Source: Nitrospirota bacterium (GTDB lineage Bacteria; Nitrospirota; Nitrospiria; Nitrospirales; Nitrospiraceae). From it: a DNA stretch of 64,000 nucleotides. The notes beneath the pieces are model-generated. The model was not told where the DNA came from. It saw nothing but the letters and a program-made list of their open reading frames with translations, and ran no database searches. The stretch lies in the NCBI GenBank assembly GCA_963701855.1, contig CAVPBK010000006.1, forward strand, positions 256,001-320,000. Reading direction: 5' to 3'. Below, one piece after another: positions 18,780 to 29,366 of this stretch (positions are counted from its first letter, which is position 1; each line of letters opens with the position of its first letter). The position numbers and the translations under genes are program-made.

Positions 18780-18998
18780 ATGCGATGCACCCGTTGTGCC
18801 GGCCTGAGAGTACCCGAGATCATCTATGAGGGAGGAAGCAGAGTCGCAGCCCTACGATGCGTGCACTGCGGAGATGTCATCGACCATGTGATCGCCTTCA
18901 ACCGCCAGCGCCGCCGTCATCCAAAACCAAGCAGAAGCGGCCGAACACCCATCTACGGAAGAGATCGATGGAAGAAGAATAAACCGTCACTCGTGTGA
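18780..18998 (+). CDS. Small CxxC...CxxCG zinc-ribbon protein
   Basis: MRCTRCAG...RCVHCGDVID; RBS AAGGAG. Confidence 0.7.
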   Translation: MRCTRCAGLRVPEIIYEGGSRVAALRCVHCGDVIDHVIAFNRQRRRHPKPSRSGRTPIYGRDRWKKNKPSLV

Positions 18999-19117
18999 CT
19001 CCGACTCGTGAGACGACCCATTCCTACAGCTCACGGCCGTCAATTCAAACAATGCTTTTTGACACCAGCGTCTTCCTTTGGTTTGCTTTGTTCATCTGGT
19101 TCAAGCAAATAAACAAG

Positions 19118-19459
19118 CTAGACGGGAGGACTCATGCGCATCTGGTGAGTTGTATAGGCGGCACGAATGTACTCTTTCTCGCTTTCTGATCCTCGTATAT
19201 GTAGCCACAACGGCCCGCCATTCGGCGCCGCGACAAGCACGAAGATTAATTGCGGAGAATGCTGTCCCTCAAACACAATGTAATCGGCGATGCGCCTGAC
19301 GAGGAGTTCTGATCGACAAAATTTGAAGGCATAGCCGCCCTCGATTTCTTGAATCTCCGCCATATATTTGAAAAGCCCCGTTACCAATATTTCACGGCGG
19401 AATGCGAGCGCCGAGTCTGAAAAACGTGTCACCAGGGATTGATTAAATGAGCTGTGCAT
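19118..19459 (-). CDS. Hypothetical protein
   Basis: EIEGGYAFKF...IADYIVFE...LWLHIRG resembles small proteins seen near metal-resistance genes; no firm assignment. Confidence 0.45.
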   Translation of the reverse strand: MHSSFNQSLVTRFSDSALAFRREILVTGLFKYMAEIQEIEGGYAFKFCRSELLVRRIADYIVFEGQHSPQLIFVLVAAPNGGPLWLHIRGSESEKEYIRAAYTTHQMRMSPPV

Positions 19460-19569
19460 GATTGAGCCCCTGCGCGCACGCCACATTGACTGAGCGGGAA
19501 ACCTGCAGATCGATACGCTTCCTTGAATGGACCTTCACTGATTCATCCATTCGCAAACAAGGACACTGA

Positions 19570-21239
19570 TTAATCGTGCCCGTCGACGTCCCAATTATTC
19601 ACGGGCAAAATCTCCAGCGTCCGATTATCTCCATGCTGTCCGGTGTAAAAGACTCTCCATCCATCATGAAATGGACGAGGATTCTTGGCTCCGAGAAGGC
19701 CCCCTATCGTGGCATCACCGTCGGATACATGGATGCCGGTGATCTCATTGTCGCCTTCGTTCTGAAAACCGGGCAGGCCGCTGAACGCAGAATCGATCGT
19801 GGCCGAGGAATCGCGTCCTTGCGCGAGCATGCGGACAGGCTGATTCGCCGAATTGCTGTAGTCGAGCCGGACGTCGAACAGGAACGCAGAATCCAGCGCG
19901 TTCCGCTGGGTATGCAACGTATCGCCGGCATCTTCCACAAATACGATCTTATTCGGGGTCACGAAGGCGACGTTGTCGAGCCCGGTATGTTGGACATCGC
20001 CCTTGTACAACATCGTCAACTTGCTTTTGTCGCCGGATGGCTTCTGCAGCGTCAACTTCATGATCGATCCGAAGCCTCCGTAATCCCCCCCGCTTCCGTC
20101 AACGCATTGGTATCACCGGTTTCATCGAAGAAGAATTCCTGGAATTGGGTCCCGGGACGGAATTGCCCGTTTTCCGGACGCTTAAACGGCGTAGCGCCAG
20201 CGGCTTTGGCCGCCGCATTGGCATCGAACGCGGTAGTTCCTTGATGGTCAGTGTCGTGGATGACGATCCACTTGGCGTCAAACACCTTTCCGTAGGTGTG
20301 GAGATCGAGCATGTCGTCGGATTTAATATCCGCATCAGCCTGGCCGGAATGGAACACAATCGGCGCTCCCGTACGGAGTGACGTCACTTGCAAGGCCTGC
20401 AACTTCCCACCCGCCTTCAGATCCCGTGGATTGTTGGGGATGAAACGATACAGAAAACTGTTCGGCTGTTTGGCGTGGGGGTTGCTCGTTCCTGCTGAGC
20501 CCCCCAAATCTTCGACGATCACGATGTTGCCGGACGAATCCGCTTGCATGCCTTCATAGCTTCCAAGTCCCATCACGCCGGAGAGGTCTTCGACGACTGC
20601 GGGGACATCGAGCGTGGCTTGATACACGCGGCCAGTGTTACCTGCCTCAGTAGAAAACAGCAGTCGCCGGGAGAAGGGATACCAGGTCGAGCCATCGATT
20701 GTCTGCAACGGGACCCCGTTCGTATCCTTCTCAGCGAGAAGCGTGACCCGATGTGCGGCGTCGGCATCGAGGTTGATGCGCGTGATAATTCCTTGCTTAT
20801 TCACTCCCACCTCATGCCCCTGGAACAGAAAATGCGTACCGTAGTTGTACCGCGGATCGACTCCGTGGAGCCCCGGCAATACGAGATAGGTGTTCTTATC
20901 CGGCTCTGTCTTCGTCGCTTCAACCTTGTGCCCCGTAGAGGGAAGATCACCGGCGGGTATGGGAAGCATCGGACCGTCGATGCTGTAGCCGTAGTAACCA
21001 CTGGTGGCTGCCGAGGGGTTCTCCAAAGGCGTGCTGCCCTGCGCCACGGTCACCTCTTGAAATTCCGGCGACAAGACGTTGGGAGAGGAAATACCAGGCG
21101 CCTTTGTATTGGCTGTGGGCACCGACGTAATTGGCCCGGCGATCGCTGATTGCGCTCCCATAATCGCCGCCGTCGCCAGTCCAACTTTTGCGGTGGCTAA
21201 CCCCCATTTCACCATTCGTTTTCTGAGTTTTGCCATCAT
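19570..21239 (-). pseudogene. PhoX-like (DUF839) secreted phosphatase, frameshifted in a G7 tract at 20085-20091
   Basis: FKRPENG, GLDNVAF, FVEDAG, EITGI, GQH motifs spread over two ORFs; G8 would read EAGGDYGGFGSIMKLT in frame; RBS AAGGAG before MMAKLRK. Confidence 0.72.
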
Positions 21240-21700
21240 CGACTCCTTTTCACATTTCCTCACAGTGCCGGACGACACCAGCAGCAGCGAGCGTGACGTG
21301 ATCTGTATTGGCACAGGTGGTTGATTGATTGCTCTTGGCCCATACCGTACTGTCATTGACGCTCTCCTCCTTGTCGCATGCGTGCAGTGCAGTGGACGAT
21401 TGCTCGCGGACGAGGAAGAACCGGATGCCTCAGATACCTCTTTGCTTGTTATCGATGCCGCGTCACGGGAACGGTCCGAAGAAGCTGCAGTCTTCTCCTT
21501 CCCAGCTCGTTGTCGGCACCCTCACACGAAGCACAGTCACAGGAGTCTGTTACGAATCGATCTGTCCATCCTCAAAAACTCGTAACAACGGTGTTAAAAG
21601 ATAAATACTCCAAGATATCGAGCAGTCGAGTAGGCATATAATTGCATCGACTGGGCGAGAAAGTGTATGGTGGACTCAGTCTTATAGTGGAGGTTCACTG

Positions 21701-22132
21701 ATGAGACACGCACGGACACGCACGGTTCTTTCTTCGCTTCTGTATGCTTTCCCGCTGGCGGTGCTCGGTCTTCTCGCAGCCTGTGCTTCAGCCCCCGATT
21801 ATCCGGCTCCCGATCGTCCTGATTGGATTCGTATCGGTGTGACGACGAAGGACGAGGTGATACAACGATACGGGCAACCTGATTTGGTGATCGCTTCCAC
21901 TGACGGCGACACCGCCGTCTACCGCCCAACCGCTTCCGGACCATCCGCCCCGCGAGTCGAAATTCCCACTGCCCAGGCCGGCCCCCTCGGATCAGGTACG
22001 ACACGTATGCAAACGATCAACCCGGGCCTAGGTGCCAACGATATGAACACGAAGACGAAAGAGCGGTTTCGGAGTGAAATTCGCATCCGATACGATGCTC
22101 GAGGCGTCGTGCAGGAGCTGTCACCCCCTTAA
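21701..22132 (+). CDS. Lipoprotein, SmpA/BamE-like
   Basis: Lipobox LAAC; IRIGVTTKDEVIQRYGQPD; RBS GGAGG. Confidence 0.7.
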   Translation: MRHARTRTVLSSLLYAFPLAVLGLLAACASAPDYPAPDRPDWIRIGVTTKDEVIQRYGQPDLVIASTDGDTAVYRPTASGPSAPRVEIPTAQAGPLGSGTTRMQTINPGLGANDMNTKTKERFRSEIRIRYDARGVVQELSPP

Positions 22133-22358
22133 CCCGTCTTACTCATGAGCGCTTCTGCTGCATTTGCGGATTCTCCGCTCTTGCGAGTAAAGTGTGCGCG
22201 AGAGAAGCAAGACATGCGCGATGGGCGTGACTCGCGAAGATGAAACTTCCAACCCGCCCCGCTTTTCTCGCATATCTCGTGCGAATAACGAGCTGCGCTT
22301 CACGAGGAACGCGCTTTCTGGCGATTTCGCACGTACCGTCAGAAATAATGCAGGTTAA
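22129..22358 (-). mobile_element. MITE-like element, family A copy 2 (TTAA...TTAA), starting at the TAA stop of the upstream gene
   Basis: Ends are reverse-complement matches to the 11461 and 56467 copies; shares CGCTTCACGAGGAACGCGCTTTC with copy 1. Confidence 0.6.
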
Positions 22359-22496
22359 TCGGCCGATCTGATTCTAGGTTGCTTCTGTCAGAATCACGCG
22401 TATACTCATTATCCGCAGATCGGGCCAGGCGCTTCCGTTGACTCTCTCCCTCTACATCGGTGTTAAGATAACTCCTCACGGGAAACAAGGACTTCG

Positions 22497-23612
22497 GTGG
22501 ACGCTTTTTCATTGACTTCATTTACGATCAATAAAGGCACCTGTTATGCCGTGTTTGCCTACGATATCGGGTGGTCGATCAATTTGGAGGATGTCAACCG
22601 CCGAATCACGGCTGACAGAGAGCGCAGCCGCCTCCGGCATAAGACAAGAGCTCCGCAATATTTCGAATACCGACCGGCGCCGTTACGCCTCATGCAAGAA
22701 GGAGGAAGCCTCGCGGTCGGCCAGTATCAATCCAGCCCTACGGTCGAAGTGATGGTGTATGACTTCGGCGCCGTGACCATCACCTACCGGTTTATGCTGG
22801 ATGGTCCCTTCGAGGGCCTGCTCGAACTCAGCGAGTCGCTCTACGAAAACAAGCCCTTGCTGACGGAGTCACGCAAGCGGGTAGAGCAGCTCGTTCAGGC
22901 GATTCATCCGTCGATCGAACGGCCCAAGATCGCCAAAGAGGTGGAGGATTACAACATCTTCTCGATTGAATCCTATTCGCCGGAGCAATCGCTCCCGCTC
23001 TGGACAAGCCAGAAGACAGAACTGGCACAGGTGCTTCGTGGCGAACGGACGCCGCTCGCAGACCAAGAAATTCAAGATGCCACGTCCTGCCGCATTTCGT
23101 ACGGAGTCGGAGACGCCGCACTCATCGACTGGCACTCGGCCGTGATCTTCGGAAAGGAGATGGACGACGTGCGAGCCGTGCTGGAATTTGCCAATGTGGA
23201 GCTCTTGGAAATGCGGATGCTGGACGAACAACTCGATGCGGCGCTGGATGAGGGGTACGCCGCGCTCACCCGAAAGCCTCGCTTGCTGCCGCTCCCCGGT
23301 TCGCACGACAAGGACACCACGCATATCGCGCAGCTGCAAGTCGACGGCGCGCTCCTCTTCGAGCGGGTGACAAACACCTTGAAGCTTTTAGGCGATCAGT
23401 ACCTAGCGCGCGTCTATCGGCTCGCTTCGCAGCGTTTCCACTTGGAAGCCTGGGATGCGAGCATTCTGCGCAAGCTGGAGACGTTGGAAAGCATTTACGA
23501 TAAAATGTCGGCCCGCGCGACCACCCGTCGCATGGAAGTGCTTGAATGGATCATCATCGTCCTGATCGCCGTTTCGATCGCGGTATCGTTCTTCCCGATG
23601 GGCGGACACTGA
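22497..23612 (+). CDS. RMD1/YagE (DUF155)-like protein with C-terminal membrane helix
   Basis: YDFGAVTI, LGDQYLARVYRL...FHL..W...I.RKLETLESIY, MEVLEWIIIVLIAV. Confidence 0.65.
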   Translation: MDAFSLTSFTINKGTCYAVFAYDIGWSINLEDVNRRITADRERSRLRHKTRAPQYFEYRPAPLRLMQEGGSLAVGQYQSSPTVEVMVYDFGAVTITYRFMLDGPFEGLLELSESLYENKPLLTESRKRVEQLVQAIHPSIERPKIAKEVEDYNIFSIESYSPEQSLPLWTSQKTELAQVLRGERTPLADQEIQDATSCRISYGVGDAALIDWHSAVIFGKEMDDVRAVLEFANVELLEMRMLDEQLDAALDEGYAALTRKPRLLPLPGSHDKDTTHIAQLQVDGALLFERVTNTLKLLGDQYLARVYRLASQRFHLEAWDASILRKLETLESIYDKMSARATTRRMEVLEWIIIVLIAVSIAVSFFPMGGH

Positions 23613-23737
23613 CGAAGGTAAGACATGAACGGTGAAACGTGACGCGTAGTCCTGCCGAGTAATCTTTCTCCAAAACCTTTCACGTTTGACGATTCATATT
23701 CCACGGGTCGCCGGGCGACGTATACCTCCTCCAGTCA

Positions 23738-24688
23738 TCAGAGTTCGGCTTGAGCCACCGCCAGGCTCGGCTCAAGCACCGGCACTTCCGAAGTCATCAA
23801 CCCGGCCGAGTCCCCGAGCCCGAACGGTTCCCGGCGCAATTCGCCGCCGTTTCTTGCCCGATAGACCAATTCATCCGTTTGGAAATCATATTCTGGAATC
23901 TCCTGGTTCTCCCACCGCTTCGTGAAGTACTGATAGAAGAGTGTGTAAAGCCCGTGATGGTCGAGATTGTGCTGAAAGACATATTCCGGCATCCAGCGAA
24001 TGTCGAGCTCCGTGTGATAGTGCTGGGGCCAGAGATAGTCGCCAAGAATGACCATCCGCAGATGGGGTCGATCGGAATAGAGCTTCAACCGGATGACCTT
24101 GCCGCTGGCGCGAAAGCGTTTGATCAGTGCGATTGTGTCCTGAAGTTCCCGCCGAAATTGATCCGGAGAAATGTCCGAATGCGAAAGCGACAGGGCTCGC
24201 CGCGCCGCTTCTTCTGAAAACGGATTCAAGAGGATTAACTTCGCTTCAAGACAGGTTCCCAGCAAAGCGTGCAGTTCAGCTTTATCGTCCACAACAGTGC
24301 CATGGCCGGTCACCCCTATGGCCAAGACCGTCCGTCCAAAACTTTGTTGCTGTTTTAGGTTCCGGATCGTTTTCCCAGCACCAGGATCGTGCAACGGAAA
24401 AAACGAGACCAACCCCGCGCCCCTTGCCAGCACGGCCTGGCGGCGGTCCTTATGGGCTCGCCACAGGTAGTTGGACGTGACGATGAGAAAAAGTGCAACG
24501 CCGACCTCAATGGTAATCAACAGTACCTTTTCATGTTCAACATGCGACCAGAACGCCAGGAACTGCCGGGCAATGCTCGGTAGCGACCAGGCGATTCCTG
24601 CGCTGAGCCCTACGACCACAGCATGAAACGCCAAGGCACTGACCTCGGTCACAAATTCTTGCAGTTGAGAGAACTTTCCTCTATACAT
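23738..24688 (-). CDS. Two-transmembrane protein with a DUF5919/PLD-like soluble domain, function unknown
   Basis: Two hydrophobic helices, then AIGVTG, LILLNPFSEEAARR, IRLKLYSDRP, GLYTLFYQYFTKRWE; RBS AAGGAAGG. Confidence 0.65.
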   Translation of the reverse strand: MYRGKFSQLQEFVTEVSALAFHAVVVGLSAGIAWSLPSIARQFLAFWSHVEHEKVLLITIEVGVALFLIVTSNYLWRAHKDRRQAVLARGAGLVSFFPLHDPGAGKTIRNLKQQQSFGRTVLAIGVTGHGTVVDDKAELHALLGTCLEAKLILLNPFSEEAARRALSLSHSDISPDQFRRELQDTIALIKRFRASGKVIRLKLYSDRPHLRMVILGDYLWPQHYHTELDIRWMPEYVFQHNLDHHGLYTLFYQYFTKRWENQEIPEYDFQTDELVYRARNGGELRREPFGLGDSAGLMTSEVPVLEPSLAVAQAEL

Positions 24689-24843
24689 GCCTTCCTTTCG
24701 ATTGCCAAAGCGGGGCGACCAACCGAAAACTGCGTCGCCAATTACCTTCTTTGTACTCTATGCCTGCTATGAGCTTCGCCGAGCCGTGTTACGGACAGGT
24801 AAATTCACGGACGACACACGGTAAATATTGAAGATTGAGCGGG

Positions 24844-25314
24844 CTAGGCCACATCCAGACGCAACAGCCGATTACGGTGTCCGTCGTAGTCGGGCACGAG
24901 CCGCTGATACTCCAGCGGCATGAGGGAAGACGAGATGAGAAAATCGGCTGAGGCCCGGTTGCAGGCGATCGGAATGTTCCAAACCACGGCAATACGGAGA
25001 AGTGCTTTCACATCTGGATCGTGCGGGTGTGGCTCCAGCGGATCCCAGAAGAAAATGAGAATGTCGATTTCGCCTTCACTGATCTTCGCCCCAACCTGTT
25101 GGTCCCCGCCCAGCGGCCCGCTTTGGAGCCGCTCCACATGAAGATCCAGCTCCGTTTGAATTAACTTTCCTGTAGTCCCCGTCGCGATGAGCTTGTGCAC
25201 GGCAAGGGCCTCACGATTGAACTTGGCCCAAGCCAGGAGGTCTTGTTTTTTGTTGTCATGCGCGACGATAGCCACGGTTTTCTTTTCAGCCATCGTCATG
25301 GAGCTGTCTTTCAT
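24844..25314 (-). CDS. mgsA: Methylglyoxal synthase
   Basis: AIVAHDNKK, ATGTTG, SGPLGGDQQVG, FFWDPLEPHPHDPDVKALLR, ACNRASAD. Confidence 0.95.
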   Translation of the reverse strand: MKDSSMTMAEKKTVAIVAHDNKKQDLLAWAKFNREALAVHKLIATGTTGKLIQTELDLHVERLQSGPLGGDQQVGAKISEGEIDILIFFWDPLEPHPHDPDVKALLRIAVVWNIPIACNRASADFLISSSLMPLEYQRLVPDYDGHRNRLLRLDVA

Positions 25315-25364
25315 GTACACCTCCTCCTAACTCTCTTCCATTCTCTCTGTTTGATTCTTGAAAG

Positions 25365-25397
25365 AGTATGGCAGGCCATTGTTACAGGCTGGTTTCG
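25365..25397 (-). promoter_or_regulatory. Putative Pho box and -10 upstream of mgsA
   Basis: Minus strand CGAAACC-N4-TGTAACA with CATACT starting 16 bp after the last half-site start. Confidence 0.5.
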
Positions 25398-25585
25398 TGA
25401 CCAGAAACCCTTCTGCGCCAAAGACCTTTGCCCTTCCCGGCATGGACCAGTGGAGGTATCTGCCGCTGGCCGAAACGCTTCAGGTCTCCACCTGCGTCAT
25501 TCGCGAAGGCTTCTACTACAACCGCCTGCATGTGGGGTCCGCACGCAGACAGGCCTATCCGCTGTTACGACGCCCTCGGCTTCCT

Positions 25586-26245
25586 TCACTCTGCCGCCAT
25601 ATGCCGGATAATCTTGCCTTCCACCAAATAGACGACGAGTTCGGCGATATTCGTAGCATGGTCGGCGATCCGCTCGTAATACTTACCGATGAACGTGAGG
25701 CGAGCCGCTCGCGTGATGGTTCTTGAATCTTCCAGCATGAATGAGACGAGTTCTCTGAAGAGTTGCTCCGTGAGATCGTCAACAAAAGGGTCGTCCCGGC
25801 AGACTTTTCGCGCCAGTTCGGCATCACGATTCACAAAGGCATCCAGGCACTCTTTGACCATCCGGATCGTCCACTCAGCCATTCTCGTAATATCGAGATA
25901 GGGTTTAAGCTGGGGTTCTTTGTTCAACTCGATCGCCCGTTCGGCAATGTTTTCGGCCAGATCACTTATCCGTTCGAGTTCTGTGGAGATCTTCATAGTC
26001 GTCGTAATAAATCGGAGGTCGCCGGCCTTCGGATGGTGGAGCGCCAGCAGGCGGAGGCACATCTCGTCGATCTCGAGATCCAGTGCGTTGATGTGCGAGT
26101 CGTTTTCGACAACTTCAATCGCCAGGTCCGTATTCCGCTCGGTCAACGCTCGTAAGACATCCTGCAATTGAGATTCGACAGAGCCGCCCATCAGCAAGAG
26201 CTTCTTTTTGAGATCGTTCAGCTCGACATCGAGATGTCGTTCCAC
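25586..26245 (-). CDS. phoU: Phosphate signalling protein PhoU
   Basis: HPKAGDLRFI...ELERISDLAENIA and KYYERIADHATNIAE repeats; GTG start at 26245 with GGAGG RBS. Confidence 0.93.
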   Translation of the reverse strand: MERHLDVELNDLKKKLLLMGGSVESQLQDVLRALTERNTDLAIEVVENDSHINALDLEIDEMCLRLLALHHPKAGDLRFITTTMKISTELERISDLAENIAERAIELNKEPQLKPYLDITRMAEWTIRMVKECLDAFVNRDAELARKVCRDDPFVDDLTEQLFRELVSFMLEDSRTITRAARLTFIGKYYERIADHATNIAELVVYLVEGKIIRHMAAE

Positions 26246-26379
26246 CGCTGCCTCCAAGTAAGAGTAACGGAAGCTGAAGTGTTCGGAACTTCGAACCCTG
26301 ACATTCAATCTAGAACCGTGCCTGAAGTTCGCGTGCTCAGTCCGCTGACCTCGGTCGCTCACTCCATCGGCCAGGTCTC

Positions 26380-26583
26380 AATATTGTGCTGAGCCCGAGC
26401 ATGCCGAGGATGATCAAAATGAAGACGAACGACACCATGAGGAAAAACGCACTGCGTAGTCCCATGATCATGATGACCCACCCCATTTGCTCTCAGGAGA
26501 CGCCAGGAATCCAGATCGCCGAATCGATACCAACCACGATGCCGGAAGCCGTCATGAAGATTCCGATCGACGTGCCGGACATG
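26380..26583 (-). pseudogene. Possible degraded membrane-protein remnant
   Basis: Hydrophobic frame MSGTSIGIFMTASGIVVG...GVS*EQMGWVIMIMGLRSAFFLMVSFVFILIILGML with an internal stop. Confidence 0.3.
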
Positions 26584-27163
26584 ATGGGGTAACTTTACCC
26601 ACACTCAGATCACTACGCCGTTGCAGGTTGGTTATGAATCTGTAACATTTTGATCTCGTGTCTTGGCGGAAGTCTGGTCGCTTCCGGCGCAAGTGCGCAG
26701 GTGGGCAACGAGAACGGCGTGATCATTATTGCGGCCAGCCGACGAACACTTGCATTCTGCAGCCGCATGAGCGGATGGGATGAATTCGAATATCGGATCC
26801 TGGCGCCCCCCTCCCCCATGCGATTTAACAGAAGCTTGAGCCAATCTTAATCGAGCCGAACCGGCGTTCCTTGTACTCCGCCTCCAGCCCTAACAGTCTG
26901 GAGATCTTCATGAGTCCCTCACCAAACGTTCCGTATTTTGTCGAACTACTCGTGCCCGGCGCAGAGAGCGAGCAGAAATTCCTCCTCCTCGCCGTCCAGG
27001 CCGCTCTGATAAAATATCGCGCGTCGCATCACCAGGGTACCAGCCCACCACAAGCAACCTCTGATGAAGTATTATATTCTTCCAAGAGAGATCATACTGA
27101 GATGCAGGCTTCTTGAGCGTATAATGGCTGAGACCAGGAGCACAATCAAAAGAGCCGAGGTCG

Positions 27164-29281
27164 ATGGCGCGAGTGATTGTCAAGCAAAGACCCCGTACGA
27201 TGGATCTGACAGACCCCTCTCTCTACTTAAACCGTGAGCTCAGTTGGGTACGTTTCAACGAACGGGTGCTCGAAGAGGCGCTCGACCCCTGCCATCCTCT
27301 GCTCGAACGCCTGAAATTCCTGTCGATTTTTGGCAGTAACCTCGACGAATTTTTCATGATCCGCATGTCCGGCTTGTACTGGCAGGTGCAGACCGGCTCA
27401 GTTGAAGCTCCGCCGGACGGCCGAACACCTGAGGACCAGATTCGGGCGGTCCAGCAGGCCCTTGCCCCGCTGCTCGCACGGCAGATGGCCTGTTGGGACA
27501 GCGATCTCCAGCCAGCCCTGCGTGACGCGGGGATTCATGTGCTGACCCACCCGGATATCTCGAACACAGCGACAAAACACCTCCGCGAGTATTTCAAGGA
27601 AGCCATCCTCCCGGCGCTGACCCCACTGGCCTTCGATGCCGCGCATCCGTTTCCCCACATCTCGAACTTGTGTATGAACCTCGCCATCGTCGTCATAGAC
27701 GCCGATCATAGAGAACGTTTCGCGCGCCTCAAAGTGCCGCGTCTCTTTCCGCGCCTTCTCTGCGTCCCACACGGGTTCCCACCCAGCCTCAGTGCCGACG
27801 GAAATCCCTGTGCATTCGTCTGGATTGAGGAGCTAATCGCCGCGAACTTGGATCTCCTGTTTCCCGGCTGCGAGGTGGTGGCGGCCTATCCGTTCAGGGT
27901 GACCCGTGACGCGGATCCGGACATCAAAGAAGACGAAGCCGCCGATCTCCTGCTGGCGATTCAGGAAAGCCTTCGGCAGCGGCACTTCGGATCGGCGGTG
28001 CGACTGGAAGTCAGCGCGAAGATGCCGGACAGGATACGCCGGATTCTCGGGCAGAACCTCCACCTCGGTCTCGATCAGCTCGACACGGTACTCGGTCCTC
28101 TTGGCATGGCCGATCTGATCGAGCTCACCAGACTCAATCGGCCCAACCTAAAAGATCCGCCAGTGCCGCACAAAGTCGCTCCGGCCTTGGCGAGGGACGA
28201 TGTCTTCACTACAATGCGACAGCGCGATGTCCTGCTCTATCATCCGTACGACAGCTTCATGCCGGTCGTGGACTTTCTTCGAACCGCGGCTGTCGACCAC
28301 CACGTGTTGGCCATCAAACAAACGCTCTACCGCGTCGGACCAGACTCTCCCGTCGTCGAAGCGCTGATGGAGGCACGGACAAACGGGAAGGAGGTCGCCG
28401 CGCTGGTGGAACCCAAGGCGCGGTTCGACGAAGAACACAACATCGTCTGGGCCAAGGAACTCGAACGGGCCGGAGTTCATGTCGTGTATGGATTAGTGGG
28501 GCTGAAAACGCACGCGAAGATGTGCCTGGTCGTGCGGCGTGAGGGAGGTCGGCTCGCTCGGTATGTGCATCTCAGCACCGGCAACTACAATCCCACGACG
28601 GCGCAGGTCTACACCGATCTGGCGCTTCTAACCAGCAGTTCCGCAATCGCCTCCGACGTGGCGATGCTGTTTAATGCATTGACCGGATATGCGCGACACA
28701 CAGGCTATCACAGTTTACTGGTCGCGCCGGAGGAAATGCGCACGGGGATCCTCCAGCGAATCGAGCGAGTCATTGCCGGACACGGCAGCACGGGCCAGGG
28801 GTATCTTGCATTCAAACTCAATGCCCTGACAGACCCGGTGTGCATTCAGGCCCTCTACCGTGCCTCGCAGGCCGGCGTCAGGATCGATCTCCAGGTCCGC
28901 AGCATCTGCAGCCTACGCCCGGGAGTCAGCGGAGTCAGCGACCACATCACTGTGACATCGCTCGTCGGTCGATTTCTTGAGCATAGCCGCATCTTCTATT
29001 TCCGATATGGCGAAGATGAGGAACTGCTCCTCGGCAGTGCCGATCTCATGCCGCGCAATCTGGACGGGCGGATCGAGATCCTCTTCCCGGTTGAAGACAC
29101 ACAGCTTCAGCGCGTGATCCGCGACGAGATTCTATTCACCCACCTCCGCGACACAAAACAATTGCGCCGGATGGACGACAAAGGCTCGTACAGTCGGGTC
29201 ATAGGGAAACCGCTCGATCCGCCGTTCGACTCGCAGGCCTGGATGCTTGAGCATGCTGGAACGTGGAATAGGAGGGAGTGA
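27164..29281 (+). CDS. ppk1: Polyphosphate kinase 1
   Basis: YLNRELSW, LERLKFLSI..SNLDEFFMIR, HPFPHISN, YHPYDSF, IKQTLYR, ARFDEE, KTHAK, GRFLEHSRI, SADLMPRNL; TATAAT at 27120-27125. Confidence 0.96.
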   Translation: MARVIVKQRPRTMDLTDPSLYLNRELSWVRFNERVLEEALDPCHPLLERLKFLSIFGSNLDEFFMIRMSGLYWQVQTGSVEAPPDGRTPEDQIRAVQQALAPLLARQMACWDSDLQPALRDAGIHVLTHPDISNTATKHLREYFKEAILPALTPLAFDAAHPFPHISNLCMNLAIVVIDADHRERFARLKVPRLFPRLLCVPHGFPPSLSADGNPCAFVWIEELIAANLDLLFPGCEVVAAYPFRVTRDADPDIKEDEAADLLLAIQESLRQRHFGSAVRLEVSAKMPDRIRRILGQNLHLGLDQLDTVLGPLGMADLIELTRLNRPNLKDPPVPHKVAPALARDDVFTTMRQRDVLLYHPYDSFMPVVDFLRTAAVDHHVLAIKQTLYRVGPDSPVVEALMEARTNGKEVAALVEPKARFDEEHNIVWAKELERAGVHVVYGLVGLKTHAKMCLVVRREGGRLARYVHLSTGNYNPTTAQVYTDLALLTSSSAIASDVAMLFNALTGYARHTGYHSLLVAPEEMRTGILQRIERVIAGHGSTGQGYLAFKLNALTDPVCIQALYRASQAGVRIDLQVRSICSLRPGVSGVSDHITVTSLVGRFLEHSRIFYFRYGEDEELLLGSADLMPRNLDGRIEILFPVEDTQLQRVIRDEILFTHLRDTKQLRRMDDKGSYSRVIGKPLDPPFDSQAWMLEHAGTWNRRE

Positions 29282-29366
29282 CGACCTGCAAAGACGCGAC
29301 GCTCAATCCCTCGGCGTCGAAAAGCCAGTGCCCCAGATCATGGGCAGCGGATACCGTAATACCGGA

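Noticed and set aside
21240..21356. Longer phoX start at 21356 with a strong AAGGAGG
   Set aside because: It would bury the signal peptide behind 39 residues, and ATG 21239 has its own RBS. A dual start cannot be excluded.
26359..26604. Remnant as a Pit phosphate transporter
   Set aside because: Hydrophobic and next to phoU, but no GANDxAN signature is visible
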